DNA of 63,227 bases, filler included, from Catajapyx aquilonaris (Eukaryota): the NCBI GenBank assembly GCA_000934665.2. It is 2 parts of 2 records of this genome, joined end to end, with 100 filler letters (N's around TTAATTAATTAA, not from the genome) between each part and the next. Parts side by side here need not be neighbours in the genome. Positions count along the whole stretch, not along the records: positions 31,675 to 63,227 come from KZ539162.1; 1 more part is not named here. One strand, written 5' to 3'. The notes below the pieces were generated by a model. The model was not told where the DNA came from, ran no database searches, and saw nothing but the letters and a program-made list of their open reading frames with translations. The position numbers and the translations under genes were made by a program. Of the stretch, positions 36,469 to 50,320 are shown piece after piece. Numbering within the stretch: position 1 is the stretch's first letter; each line of letters starts with the position of its first letter.

Positions 36469-37626
36469 GTTGGGGGCAATTTCTATTAATTTTAAACAGC
36501 AGGTACAGGCGTGGAAAATCACACGCTGCATGTCTTGTCAGTCTAACAATATTCCTGGTTTACTTATTTAGAGGTTTCCACGGAAATGAAGCTCGTAAAG
36601 AATGAAAGAGCAGCTGATTTTTTTTATTTCTTCAATTTTTGGACGACACTTAGACAACAATAGGCCTACTGTGCAATTTCTTCTCTAGGGAATAATATAT
36701 TAAAGAGATATTCCATTTTTATAACGTGGAGAGCATTACCAGTGAAACATGCCAATAATCATTTAACACGATGAGAATAATATTGACACTTTAATGTACT
36801 CGTATAGTGTAGCGGATTTCACATAAGGCTGCCACAGTCTGACCGTCTGTCACCATAAAAACCAAGACATTAGCAATGAAATATATAAAAAAATTAGTGA
36901 TGTAGTCACATTTCACTGTTCATTAGGATGGTGTGTCGCGTGTTTGTTGCGTTGGAGCTCAATAGACTTACCCCCTTCCATATGCGTGTTTCAAAGCTCA
37001 AACTCCAGATCTGGCAATCGCTTTCATAAAAAAAAAACCACGAAACTTCTTTTGAGGTACGGTAATGGAAAAGGCATTAAGGCAACAATGTATAGGTTGA
37101 GGGGATTATTTATTCAGTATAAGTGCTCTCAACATGAAAATGCATGAAGGTTGATGCATCAGTATAGACTTACTTGTACACCACCGCACACTAACAGAAT
37201 GATGAATATTATTTTGAAAACAATATTGCATATTAGATGTTGTCTCCATTGTCATAGGCAGTTATGCAGATGGTGTTGGTTGGCAAATGCTCTAAGATGA
37301 AATGAAATCAGCCCACACAGGCATGTCAGCACGCTTTTCTGAAAGGAGTAAAGATCCAAAATGTCAGTATAATTTCAATTCATTATTCATATGCATGTGA
37401 ACTGTATTAAGTAAGATTATGGATACAGTTCTACGACTTATTTTATACCTATCTTAATATACGCGTTACATACAAAAGGCAGCACAGACATCGTACATTC
37501 AACGCAGTCGTATTTACTGCACTTATCTTGTAAGTTTAAAAAAAAAGCCTGGACATATTATACAGTTACAGTATGATATTGCAGTCTTAGAAAGTAATCG
37601 GTGTGAAAATGCTACGGTAACATTAC

Positions 37627-37846
37627 CTTCAAAATCTCCTAGATTGTAGTCAATGTCTAGTCCGGCCAGGAAGGCAAGAATAGGATCCTTGCATGCAGTG
37701 TCCGAAAAGCATCCCCTTTGAGGTGGAGTAGGCCTCCTTGAAAAATTCCTACATTGCGGCATAGGTATTACAGGGATTTGACCTTGGCCATAAGTCTCGA
37801 TGACCAGCAAATAAGCGACAATCCAGATAGCGACACTTTTCTTCAT
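37627..37846 (-). CDS. Signal-peptide plus astacin-type pro-region exon (alternative first exon or orphan paralogue)
   Basis: MKKSVAIWIVAYLLVIETYG-...-YNLGDFE-G|gtaatg. The phase-1 donor is compatible with the acceptor at 36131. GDFEG resembles the astacin pro-peptide FEGDI motif. Confidence 0.6.
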
Positions 37847-37912
37847 TCTAGGGCAGGGCAGGACTGAATGCATCACCTTGTGATGTGACGGGCTGCTATC
37901 GAGTGATATTTA

Positions 37913-37919
37913 TTTTATA
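37913..37919 (-). promoter_or_regulatory. Putative TATA box
   Basis: TATAAAA on the minus strand about 70 nt upstream of the ATG at 37846. Confidence 0.4.
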
Positions 37920-40216
37920 TGAAGCTGCTTCCAGCGTAATTCAAATTGTGGAATTTCCCAGATCCTGAACACATGTGTATATAAATAATTATGGTGGATG
38001 CATTCATATTTCAGGTGTAACCTTATTCTTACAGTATTCGGGTCAATAAGCAACAGAATGCATTGTTTCGGTGTAAGTGTTACAATGCAATGAACTAGAG
38101 GTAATATTTACGACTTATTTCCGGACACGGAATATGTAGGCGCGAGTAATGTATCTCAATGGTTCATTTAGAGCAGGTAAAATTTTGTTTGCATTAATTT
38201 CATTTTAGTGTTGACTCCCGAAAAGCACCCACACATCATCAGCTTTTTGACACAAATCGCAATTAACCGCGATCACAATGTGAGACAGGCTGCTGTTTTT
38301 TTTTTGTCCTCACTATACACTGAAGCCAGATTGTATCAATACATGTCAAGTCTAGACTAACTGTATTAACCGAAACACAGGCTATAAAACCTTGCCTACA
38401 GTAATGCAATCCGACAATCGGCCGGCAGGATTAATTTTGTCCTCGTTGTTAATTGTTGGCCACATATACCCCAAACACGTAATTAAAGGGGCACTGCTGG
38501 GTCTCACCTGTTAGTACATTCTGTAGAATGTCTTCCAATGTAATAATATTGTACAGTACTTTTTAGGTTTCAGGTCATTATCAGCGCAAGTCAAACAACG
38601 CCCCTCATGAGGCAGTTTAAGCGAGTGTCAAATGCATGTGCAGTAAGTACCACATCTGACTGACACGCACAGATATTACAGTGTGAGGTTAGTGATCCAA
38701 AGTTTGTGTTCTTGCCAAGACGTGCATCAGAGGCGCGACTTTTTTGGGGCAATGCTGGAGTCGAAGGTGATGGGTCGCTTGAAAAGTTTGTAAAAACGTA
38801 TCATTCATTCAAAAAAAAGTGCAGATTCAAAATTGCATAACTGATCTGTCGTTTGGAGTACAACCCACTTTTGACAAATTTATTTTTAAGAACTAATTTT
38901 TTTGGCAGTCCACTCGAAAAGTTTTAGAGAGAAAAGAAACATATTAAGACAATGAATAGTGTTATATTCTAACGGGTTCTTTCAATTGACACAAGTAACT
39001 TCTATTAACTTGTTCATTTACCTTGCACTAGTCTTAAATCATTCATATGGCGTAATGATTTATAATGTGTGCTGCTAGTCAACAAGCCACATCGTACTGT
39101 ACTGTACGGTACAGTGTACATTCACTGTAAATGAACATAAGAGAGTGAAAGTGATCAGTTTCAATGTATGTTACATAGGTAGTACATAGGTAACGAAATA
39201 CTGTATTATTGTTGGTGGAATGTCGCAATGAAATGACTATGTTTTAAATATGAGCTCTCCAGGCATTGTGTTAGGGGAAGTTATGAGTACAGTACTGTAC
39301 GTATATACATACTGAGGGAGAAATTTATTGCAATGCACTTTCTTCTTCTTAGTACAGTAATTTAATTACATCGCTACTATGCATTACAACCATGCGATAT
39401 AATTAAATTAAAACAACGAGCACATTACCATAATATATTTTGATTTCCATGAAATTTACATAATGATATTATTTATACTGCATAATTATATCTAACAGTA
39501 AGTCACGCAAAGGGACAACCTGGTGATTCCTTTGTATTGTTATATTTTGAAAGTGATGAACTTATTCAAGTTTCCGGTTTTGAGCTTAAAAAACGACCCC
39601 TTTATTGAAGAGGATGTTTCAACAGGATTAAATGATAATTAACTCACTTAAGTGCCCCCATTACGAGCAGGACATTTTTTTATCACCACTATCTATATTT
39701 TGTAAAATATTAACTTTGGTTCTTTTAATTCTAGCCTACAGGCATTAATTCTAGCCTAGGCATTATTGGAAGGAAATTAATGCGACTTACAGTATGCCAT
39801 GTACTGTACTAACACTGCACGTCATGGTTATGAGTTACTAATGCAGATTTTAAAACATGCAGATAATATTATAAATAAGTTATGTTGATTACATATATAA
39901 GTGGTTTTCATAATATATTAATATTTCATTTATAACTTCAGATGGCTTTTTGCTATGCACTGCACCAGAAGCGCAGCCTGCCATTTAGAACCATCAGAGT
40001 GTTGGAGTTGACATTAGTAAAATTTATTCATACTGTGTTAGTGCATAATTTCTGTGAAGCGTGCTTTCATGGGATGATTTTACTTTAAAATGACGACACA
40101 TATTTTCATCTGCGCATGGTTGCTTTTCAGTAGAGATTATCATGGACAGGTTTGCACAATGTGATCCTCCCGTATTTTAGTGCAGGATGCAGCTATGCAT
40201 ACGTAATTTCAAAAAT

Positions 40217-42043
40217 TCATGTAACAGTCGAATTAATGATCGAGGGCTGATCTTCGTCTCCTTTGAATTGGGCAATGACAATTAGATACGTAGTTATGGA
40301 TCCCAGAATCTGAAAAATACAACGTAGCTTATTACACATATTTCGAGTGATCTCGATTACAAATAAAGAAATACAATATTATTCGTTGACAATTGGCTAT
40401 GTTACTGGTATTACCAGGCGTGATGTCAAAATTCTAATTATCGCAAGTGTCAGTAAAATGTACAAGCAAACATTTCCAGCACACATTTTAGGAGGGGAAA
40501 CCACAAAGGCGTTCATTTTCTTCTCCACATTGATAAATATCAATTTTAAAAAGCGTCATTCAGAAAAAAAAACAGAGGACCTTTCCAAAATGCCATAACA
40601 AAATTTGCTGTTAGGGGCATACACAGCCTAATGGTTACAGGAGAGTATACCAGTACTTACTGAAATAATGACACCTCTTCTGATAGTAAAAAACCAAGCA
40701 GAAGCTTCCACTGTCGGGTAGGTCATCTTGTTAACGAGAGTTTGAATTTCTAGTCGTGTTTGCCAATCCAGAGTTACCAAGTTGATTTTCCTCAAACAGA
40801 GAAGAGATTTCTGAGCCTGAGCAGAGAGAATATAAGTTCATTTGAGTGCCAGGCATACTGCACACAAAGACCTGAGATGACGACCATTCAAACACACTGG
40901 AGTGATTTCCAGATATGAGAATTTGAAGTTTGAAGGTCATGATTGTCTTTTTTCCTAAAAGGTTTTAACACGATCACTGTAAGAAATTATTACCTTTTCA
41001 GAGAGTTGATCCGGTACGCAGGTGATTAGGATCAAAGCGAACAAGTGATGTATCATTGGAGCCAGAGACGTCATCGCTGCCAGCGTGGCACCCCTGTACA
41101 TCCGCATAACAATGAGTAAGGTACCTTTCATCACCAAGAACAGCATCATGTGGAGGTAAAACACAGCCGCAGCCAAGCCGAAAGACTCGTTCATGAGAGC
41201 CACAATCTCGCACAGTTCGTCGTAAGCCCCACTCAATTCAGAAAGCGAAAGAGACAACGGACCTGACTGAGGTTTGCTATCGTATATGTATACGGGTGCA
41301 AATGTGACGTGGAATGATCGAGGAATGTTAGCTGTAGCCTTCTCGATAATGTTGTTTAGAAATTCGTAGCGTTTTATGATGGACTCAGAGAAAAATATCA
41401 GTAGCAATGGCAATATGTACAGCGAGTCTAAGACTAACCGTGCAAATGACGCCGCGGGGATCAGGACTAATAGCGAATTATTTGTGTCAAAACACACGTA
41501 CATTGCATTCTTCGCGATTGTTAGAGCGAATGATATGGCAATGGCAATTGCAGATTCCCACTTAATTTTTCGATTGATTCCGTCTGGAGTGAAGACGTTT
41601 TTGTCAAAGTTGTGAAGCCTGGTCATAAGCAGATTCACAGATCCGAATTTTAGCAGAAGTATAAAGTAAGTGACAACAGTAAGAACGAAGATATTGAAAT
41701 TGGACAAAGTGTTAGCCGTTTCGAGGATATTGTCAAACGAAATGGCCTGCCAGCCTTCAACAGTGTGCTCATACACCATAAAATAAAGACAAGTGACTAT
41801 GTAACTGAACGGAAAAATTAAGGAATAAATCCAGCTCCGAGAGTACGGATGTTTTCGCGTGTCTTGCACCGGGAAAATTCCGAAAAGTCTCGCGTATACA
41901 GCCACATATCGAAAGGAATCGTAGACACTGGTCGAGGACCTAACACTGACGACTTTTGCGGCCGACATTGAAGACCTTTCTGGACAGACTGTACTCTCAT
42001 TTGTATACCTTGGGGACATGAAGTTTCTGCTTGTCACCTGCAT
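40217..42043 (-). CDS. Gustatory receptor (7tm_7 family), about 432 aa, 3 exons
   Basis: Exons 40994-42043, 40661-40816 (AQKSLLCLRK...EASAWFFTIRRGVIIS) and 40217-40309 (ILGSITTYLIVIAQFK...*). Phase-0 GT-AG introns, N-terminal RLFGIFP, YDELCEIVALMNESFG, and the C-terminal TYhhhhhQF signature. The start codon is uncertain (42043, 42019 or 41968). Confidence 0.93.
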
Positions 42044-43486
42044 CCGCTAAATGCATGCGAACTGACATGCAGACTATTCCTGCATGGCAAGCCAGTCAGT
42101 GTCAGACACATACTGAGGTATATACAAACACTATATTGACTCCATTATTGCAAAAGCAATCAATCATTCTCACCAGGGGATGCGACTTGAGATATATCTG
42201 GAAATAATAATAAAGAGGCTTCAAATTTTTCTTACGCGTATTTGAGTCTTTAATTGATATTTTGGCATTTTTGAGGTAACTTAATTAGTAGCATTTGCAA
42301 TTACTTTGGTCGTTATTCGAGCATTTTTGCGCCGTTCGCATGCGATATTTTATGAGTTTGATTAGAATAATTGAACATTGCCAGGGCGTGGTCTTGACAA
42401 TGCAGCTGTAAGGCTGCATACCTGGCGCATGCCGCAGTTCTATCGACAACTGACACATTTACATTTTAATCGCAATCCATTCTGCAGTGCGCACCCTGAT
42501 CTATTTCAGAAAAAAAGGTTGCAAAGCCCAAACTATGCCTCACAGATATACGGGATGATATAGATGGGAAAAAATCAATAAAGAAAAATGTTGGATTAAT
42601 TGTTATTGTCAAAATGAGGTGATGACAAAGGTACTAAAATGCACATCTCTATTTTCGGCTTTTTTATGTTGAGTGCTGCATTAACTCCTAGGTCAATATT
42701 TTAAATGAATCTACATTATTTCTTATCAAGAAATCGAATAACTTATATTTAAGCGAATGCTTGGAATTTATAATAATGACAGTTACATAAGGTAAATATT
42801 TAGTTCATCATTGAGTAGTGTAGCCCTCGACGTACCGTATTCTCTCTATCGGTTAAGTCAATTTTCTGCCAGGACAATAATTACAGTTCACTAACGAAAA
42901 ATCTCCCTGAGGATGATGAAATATTCAGACTTCAAATGCTCACATCCTGAAATAATTATTCCATTGTGACTGTAACACTGTCTTCTGCATTAGACGTCTT
43001 ACAGTACCCTACTGTATATTCCTAGGAATTCAGCTGTCCAAGCAGAAGTTTCCGGCACAGTACCGGTGTACAATTATCCTTGCAATTATCTTTAGTTAAA
43101 GGAAAGCAATTCTGCTTCGTGAAAGAGACGAAGCCAAACTGAGAGAGCGCACTTACTTATTGTCACGTGGCATAAGTGAGGAATAAGCAGTAGTGATATA
43201 ATTAATCTGTAATTACATTTAATTTTTGAAAGTTACGAAACGCATGTTATAGTATACCACAGTGATCCTGTGGAGAAAGTGTTATTGTATGCTGATACAG
43301 AACTTCTTGGTCTTTGAATAATAACCTAAATCCTCGAATAACCTCATCTGTATGCCCAAATCACAGGGAAAACTTCTGGAATCAATTAGGGGCTGCCATA
43401 ATGTTATCTCATGCAGAAGACATTCGTAAACTATCCCCAACAATGTTATTACGAAGAGCAATTTCTACCTTCAGGCATAACATATA

Positions 43487-43910
43487 CAGGGTGTATCTGA
43501 ACTCAGTGCCCCGGCGTATATGACTACCTTCCTAGCCACCAGAGGATCGATTTAAGTATAGGAATCATTATGTTTGGCCGCCGCATTACGGAGATACACT
43601 CTTTAGCGATTTTTGCCTAATCGCTCCTTCTGACTTTTAAATAGAATTTTCTGGTGTAACTAGCCAAAGAGGCCTTACCACCTGTGGGCAACAAACCAAC
43701 AAAGTCCCGCCCCCAGACCTTTCAGAGCCTTCTGACTGGGGGAGGGTTCGATGGGTGGCCTAACCGACAGGATATTTTGTACTACATGTTTGCGGCCAAT
43801 TATCTCCATAATGCGGCGGCCAAACATCATGATTCCTATACTTAAATCGATCCTCTGGTGGCTAGGAAGGCAGTCATATACGTCGGGGCACTGAGTTCAG
43901 ATACACCCTG
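43487..43910. mobile_element. Tc1/mariner-type MITE with ~110-bp TIRs
   Basis: TA-CAGGGTGTATCTGAACTCAGTGCCCC...GGGGCACTGAGTTCAGATACACCCTG-TA. Confidence 0.92.
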
Positions 43911-43933
43911 TATATACGTACTGTACAAAGTAC

Positions 43934-44083
43934 AATGTACTATCCTCTATCGGGTTAAAACACTTTTATCCTGGTCTTGAAGCAACCCTTCACACACATA
44001 TCTCCTTAACGTGGGATCTGTGCGAAGGGTTGCTTCAAGACCAGGATAATGTGGCCAAAAGTATTTGAACCCGATAGTACATA
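43934..44083. mobile_element. Small hairpin MITE
   Basis: aatgtactatc..gggtt..ttatcctggtcttgaagcaacccttc / gaagggttgcttcaagaccaggataa..aacccgatagtacatt. Confidence 0.65.
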
Positions 44084-44175
44084 TTATGTTTATCCTGTAT
44101 TTGCATTAAACAGTTAGGTAATATTATACTCTTATTGTATGTAGCACACCATGTATTATTTGTAACCAGCTAGGC

Positions 44176-44430
44176 CTAGGTCTGTTCGTTTTAAAACAGC
44201 CACGGCTAGTTCTGGTCGTTACTTCATATTCACCATCAATCGCTCCTATCACCTCCAATAAGGAATATTAATAAGCAGGAACAACCTGAACTAGCTGTTG
44301 CTGTTTTAAAACGACCGTACCTATAGTTCCGGCTGGTTTGGAAATGACCAGACCTAGGTCTGGCTGTTTTGAAACAACCACACATAGGTATGGCTGGTTT
44401 GAAAACGATCAGACATAGATATGGTCGTTT
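44176..44430. repeat. Diverged ~31-bp tandem repeat with internal dyad
   Basis: Units such as taggtctggctgttttgaaacaaccacaca, about five consecutive at 44291-44430 plus further copies at 44176-44220. Confidence 0.7.
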
Positions 44431-46396
44431 TTCCCCCCGGCCAATAGCTGTTTTCGGGGTTTGAGCCTAACATACACTGTATACAGGCTGTGGAACGTAT
44501 ACGTACAGTATATTACAGGAGTAGACAGTATAATTTATTATTGTACTGTAATTCCGCCATTTTCATCAACTACATGGGTACAGGCCTATTAGATAATTGA
44601 CACATCTGGAGAAGTAGTGGCACTTCATAAATATGTAATTATTGATCTTTCCTGAGTATTAATTACTAACATGTTATGATGCTCACTTAAAGTATTTACT
44701 TTTGTCTGACGTAAGGTTACTTTATAAAAGTTTGTTTACATATTTCTGCTAGCTAGAAAATTTTCACACAGAGCGCAACAATTCTATTATTGATTGCTAG
44801 AATGGAATTAATATTTATCATAAAATTAATCCACAGTTTTTAATCAAGCCGATGTTTTAAAGTTTTATACAAGTTCTGTGCTTGTTAAGTAATAATATTA
44901 TTAACTCTACTTTCACTGTAAACAATGTCTTTGAAGTGGAATGATCATTTGGACTTACTGTATACATCAGAATATTACACAATAATTATATTTACACTTT
45001 ACCAAGTAAGAATAATGCGAACATTTATTGTGACGATAAGAGGGCTGGGAATTTGTATGTGGAAAGTTACAATCTCTCATTTTGAAATGTTATGCAGCGT
45101 CCAGATAGTTTCAGATGCCCTGTGTGGTTAGCCTAATCATATTGACTCGCTTAGTTCGACGTGTGATCACATCGCATAGCGAATGACATGAAAAATTTAA
45201 TAGTGGCGAACACTGTACTGGACACCTACAAATTAGTTTGTAGATAGTACCCAGGTAAAAATGAAAACAACGACCACACAGTTGTAGCCGACATATGACG
45301 ATCATATAGTTACGCGTACAGTAAAGCTTTTAGCAATTTATGTGATAGTGTATGCAAAAAAAATCTGCAGTTTGCAAGAAACGATCGGAGTTTGTTCATT
45401 ATTTTCTGAGAAAATCTGTCAGATGTAATAAAATAGGTAATGCGACACACATTTTCAATATTGATTCGCTCTTTTTGCCTTAAGTTAGCCTGCTGCATGC
45501 CAAAAGTTGAGGCAATTAATTATAATTACTACATACTTAAAACTTGAGTTTTTGAGTCAATATTTGGTGAAGGGTTAAATTGAATACCGTATATAACCTA
45601 CATGTATGGTAACGAAAGTCGTTGTTATCCAACCATAGCATTTCCATATTATTAAATATTATTTAAAATAATACAAATTAATTAATTAATTAATTCTAAT
45701 GGCACAGTTTCTTTAATTAAAGAAACTCTGCCATTAGATGTGACACGTTAGCGAATGTTGACCCATATGGTAAGTTTCAATATAACAAGATGGAAATGAC
45801 AATAATTTTGACTCTAATGGTGTGTGTGGGTAAATTACCAAACACACACCATATGGCATATGCACAGTACAGCACGTAATTCGCGTAATTCGCCAGATGT
45901 GCTCACATTTAAGAGGATTTCAGTGAATGATTTGACTAAACTATGCATAGAAAGGAGCGAAACCCAGCTGCTTACACTCTGGCCGCAAATTACAGTTCAA
46001 CTGATGGAATTTACTTTGATGCAATGCACCGAAACTAAGCCGTGCATATTAATATTCAATGTCATTGAGAACATCCTGAAACCATTTTCAGTTAGCTCCG
46101 GTCGGTTTTTACCCGCTCCATTTTTTTTTTCCTCCCAAAGGGATTTCTTAAATCCTCTTGTGATGTTGGACTGCAGAAAACTTCTCGAGGATTCTAAAAC
46201 GACATGGTGCTCAGCCGCGGAATTCCAAACCGGGATGATACTTCTGAAACCAATATAACAAGCGTGCTAATCCGACCTCCAGAGATTGTAACTTGTAAGT
46301 GTGCTTTAATTGCCCTGGAACGTGAATGTGCATACAGTGTTTCATAGTTTGGATAATAACGTATTATGTCTTTCATATCTGATATTTCGGTATGCA

Positions 46397-46506
46397 CAGT
46401 GGTGGAAATTAATGGAGAAGCACATAGAAGCTACTTCATGTAAAGTAAAGGGAAAAAGCTCCGCCAGGAGGCGATACTTGTGCTTCTCCATTAATTTCCA
46501 CCACTG
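46397..46506. mobile_element. Short MITE (same family as 17800-17926)
   Basis: 28-bp perfect TIR CAGTGGTGGAAATTAATGGAGAAGCACA. Confidence 0.85.
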
Positions 46507-49500
46507 TACTGTACCTCTAGGGGGAAAAGGTGCTCTCCGCTTTTTTTTTTTTCATCCTGGCATGATGCAACCCAACCAGATTAACATTTTGTAGAATGAC
46601 TCCTGGACAATCTCAGCCTGTAAGTTAGGCCTCTCCTCTGAGCAGACGAGGCTGAAGGGCAGCCTTTAACATTCAGAATACAATGCCTGAGCGCTTTTAA
46701 AGTGTCTGCAGGACCCACACAACGTTGGGTTCTCCGTCATAGGTTGGTCACATCGCGAACTGTATTCAGTCGGCGTCCCGCCTGCCAGCTATACGGTCAC
46801 AAAAAGAGGCCTGCGCCTGGATGGTGAAGCCTGGAATCCCCGGCTGGATAAAGTGCGCGGGAAAGTGTGGGAGGACACACTGTAGGATTCATCATTCTCC
46901 AGGGAGAAACCGTGTTGGACAGAAGTTCAACCTTTGACCCCCTCCCGGGTAGTGAGTGAAAGTGACAAAAAGTGCCGATTTTTTAAAATAGTGGGAATAA
47001 CCGATCAAAAAACGGTAAGGTTGACATTTGTTATTGATTCAGACTTGGCATTTGTGACACGGTGACATGATTATGCAACGAGTGTTACACAATTGATGTC
47101 TTATTCAAAAGGCTTGGGTATATAGCATGGCCTTATCCGTCGGATTGGAAATATCCGGATGACGTGCACGTATAATTAGGTTTGAGCAATAACCACGGAC
47201 ACAGGTTACAATGATTTGTTCTCCGAAATCAATATCGTGCGACCCCGGGGTGAGAGAGATAGCCACCGGAATATTTGCAACTTGTTGCTTATACCTGTTG
47301 CGTTTTCATCTACCATTGGGCCACCAAATTTATTTATTTTTTTGTATCCGAATGTTTGTGTTTGAAGTTTGAAAAATTGCTTTTAAAAATCTGGTTGCTG
47401 TTGGCTGCCGGTTAGCTGCAGCCTTTAAGGTGGGATTGTAATCAGTGCTTCTCAAAAGTGGATGCTGTGTCCACATGGTGCGCGGTTAATAGACTCTCAT
47501 CTGTGGGGGGTCTATTTGACAGTAAAAGCTAGGGAATCGGGGCCTGAGGCGAAAATGTCAAGGTGAAGCTACGCTGTGGGGCGAAAGGTCCGAGAATAAG
47601 CAATGGACTTGTGTGGACATGATCCGGAAGCCAATCCATACTCGATCTATTTATTTACGAAAAAAAATATATATTGAAGGATCGATGTTGTTTTAGGTTA
47701 CAAGTATAGGATAGGGGAAAAATCCGATCGTTTTCTGACAGGTCGTTGTCCTACGACCTTCTCTGGAGCATAAGCATGTTTGACTAAGTTAAGCTGACAA
47801 GTTCCTTTGCGATGGTGCTGAATTGGCTCCACTTCATATTTGCGCTTCGTTCATTTGCTTTTTATTGCCCAAGATGTTGACATAGCTCGAGAGGTCGGTT
47901 TTACCCCAGTGAGATTCGAGGGATGCGGATTAATTAGTTCTATTATTATGATTATTGATTTATTTATGTTGTACACGTGCATTGAGTATACACAAAATTG
48001 CGGGTATTACATAATTAAATTGTGCTAAATCAATTTTTGTAATCTTACAAGAAGAAAATATGGCTGGATGTTCCACTGAAAAAGCGGTTTTTTTTAAAGG
48101 TGCGAGTTGGGTATTTCCCTCTGTAAAGTTTAAAGTTGGCATCACATGGTAACCTTGAGCCCTGCTCGTGCTGTACTGTACAAGTGTTGTTTTACGGCAA
48201 GAAAATACGCAGCATATCGACTAAAATGAGTACACTGTATGTAATTGTCGTTTCATTTTGCTGCTGATTAAAGCAAGGTTTTAATAATTGCATCTTTCAA
48301 ACGAGTATTTCAAGATTTTTATTCTAACATATTATAGTCTACAGTACAACATCAGGAATGGTTCTAAACTTCAAGAATAATTAGTACAGTAACATAATTA
48401 TCCTCTGCTACACTGGAGTTAAATGTTATTGAGCTAAACCAAAACTTATAATTTTTTAGACATATTAGAACTTTGTATCTTGGAATGTACATCTTTACGA
48501 AATTGCCAATCTGTGAAACGTCCAATGTAATATTATTTAAAATATCTTGTCCCTGTGGCAAAACGTCGTGAAGAAGATTTTTATCTCATTTTCGCCTGGA
48601 ACAATAGACAAATCAGAACAGTTAAATCTATATGAAGAAGGTGGTATATTTTATTTGCCTTTGAAAAATGAAAATGGTTGAATAATTTTAAAGGGACGTT
48701 CCACCTGTAAAATATTTCTCTCTCGTTTGACTCTGTTGCAACAGTTAAAACGTTTATAAGTTCATTCTTTATACGTTGCAACGATGGTTTTCTTATTCTT
48801 GCATCTTTGAAGGCCGACGTTGAAACTGATACAGTGCAACGAGTGTAATTGCTCAGAATGAATAATATTGGGGATCAATATGCAAAGGATACAAAATTAG
48901 TGCCTTTTTTTGCATCCTAGTTGCTTTTTACGCTCGTTTTGATTTTTTCTTCTTCTTCGATTTCATTAGCATCACTGTTGAACACCAGTAGACAAAAAAG
49001 AGGGGTGAATGGAGTCGGCAAATTGGCTCGCCTAAGGGAATATGGATTATCGCCGTGTAAGATGAAACCATGGCTTTTTGGAGATGTATATGATGCTGTA
49101 CCGCCGTCAATATTTTGCAACCCGGACGAGGAAGCCGCAACGATTGCGTCACTTCCATTATTTTTCCATCTCACATTTTTTTTTCTCACTTAAACTTTAC
49201 GAATCCCCTGGATCAATGAAACTACTTGTGCCAGAAGTAGATCATCCTGTTCTGAGAGATTTACGGGCAGTGACTCGAAGCAGGAAAGAACCTTTGTTGA
49301 GTCTCACCCCATTATTTTCTTCCTACCAATAATGATGGAGCCCTAGAAGAGAAGTGGGAAGGTGTTTTTATGGCGACATTTTTTTTCTGTCTTGCTGACC
49401 AAGTGATTATGTCCTATTGTTTGTTCTGTACTATAGTGCCAGACAGAGCATCAGAAAGCTTTTCTTTCCTGCTATAAATATCGATAGTAATTACTTATTG

Positions 49501-50320
49501 TACCTTGCTGCCCACGTATAGGATATGGTGCAGAGCATGTTAAAAATTTCCTCTCTTAAAATAATTTTATTTTAATGAGCCTCTACCTCTTGTTATCGCT
49601 AAGTAAAGAAGTACAGTACAGTTAATTTTCGCTGGATTACCTCGTATAGGATAATGAGATAATTAATTTTTTTGTGGCAGACATAGCAGACTGTATAATG
49701 TTGACTTTTTAAGACCGATTCTCCCGCTGGGTACAACTTATACTAATTTCCTGAAAGGTAATAGCCGTAATTTTAGCATCGATCTGCTAAAAAAAGGTCA
49801 TACGAGGTCACATCTGGCTGGGAAAGTGCTTGTTCCGTTGCATATTCCGAATCAATTGGCGGTTTTGAGCGACTAACAAAATTTTGAGGGGGGGCGCTTC
49901 GCTTTTGCCAATTCAGACTCTTGTGTATTTGGAGCGAACGTTCCTCTCTGGTAAGCAAAAGGAAAGCGTGGGTGTGACGGATGCAGCAATAAAGCGAACC
50001 TCTCCACCAGATAATATACTCTCATTGATGGAGAAGATGAAACTGCATGGCCCCCTTCTGAAAGCAAAAGGAACGAGTGAAATCAACTATCAAAACATTC
50101 ATGAGAATTAAATTAGCGAGAGGAATCTTTCATAAGGCGGCCTGGACTAAATAGATTAATAACAATCCAATACTATAAATATTTGTGAAGAATGCTGGAA
50201 TGTTCGACTGCATGTTTACAAAAAAAAATATGTACTTTACGCTGAATTTCTTTTCTCAATCCCCGTAGGAAATGATATTTACTCTGCAACATCGTATGCA
50301 TCACTTATCTGCAAATTCAG

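Noticed and set aside
44176..44430. ~31-bp palindromic repeats resembling a CRISPR array
   Set aside because: The units are tandem without unique spacers, diverged, in eukaryotic context, and no cas genes are present.
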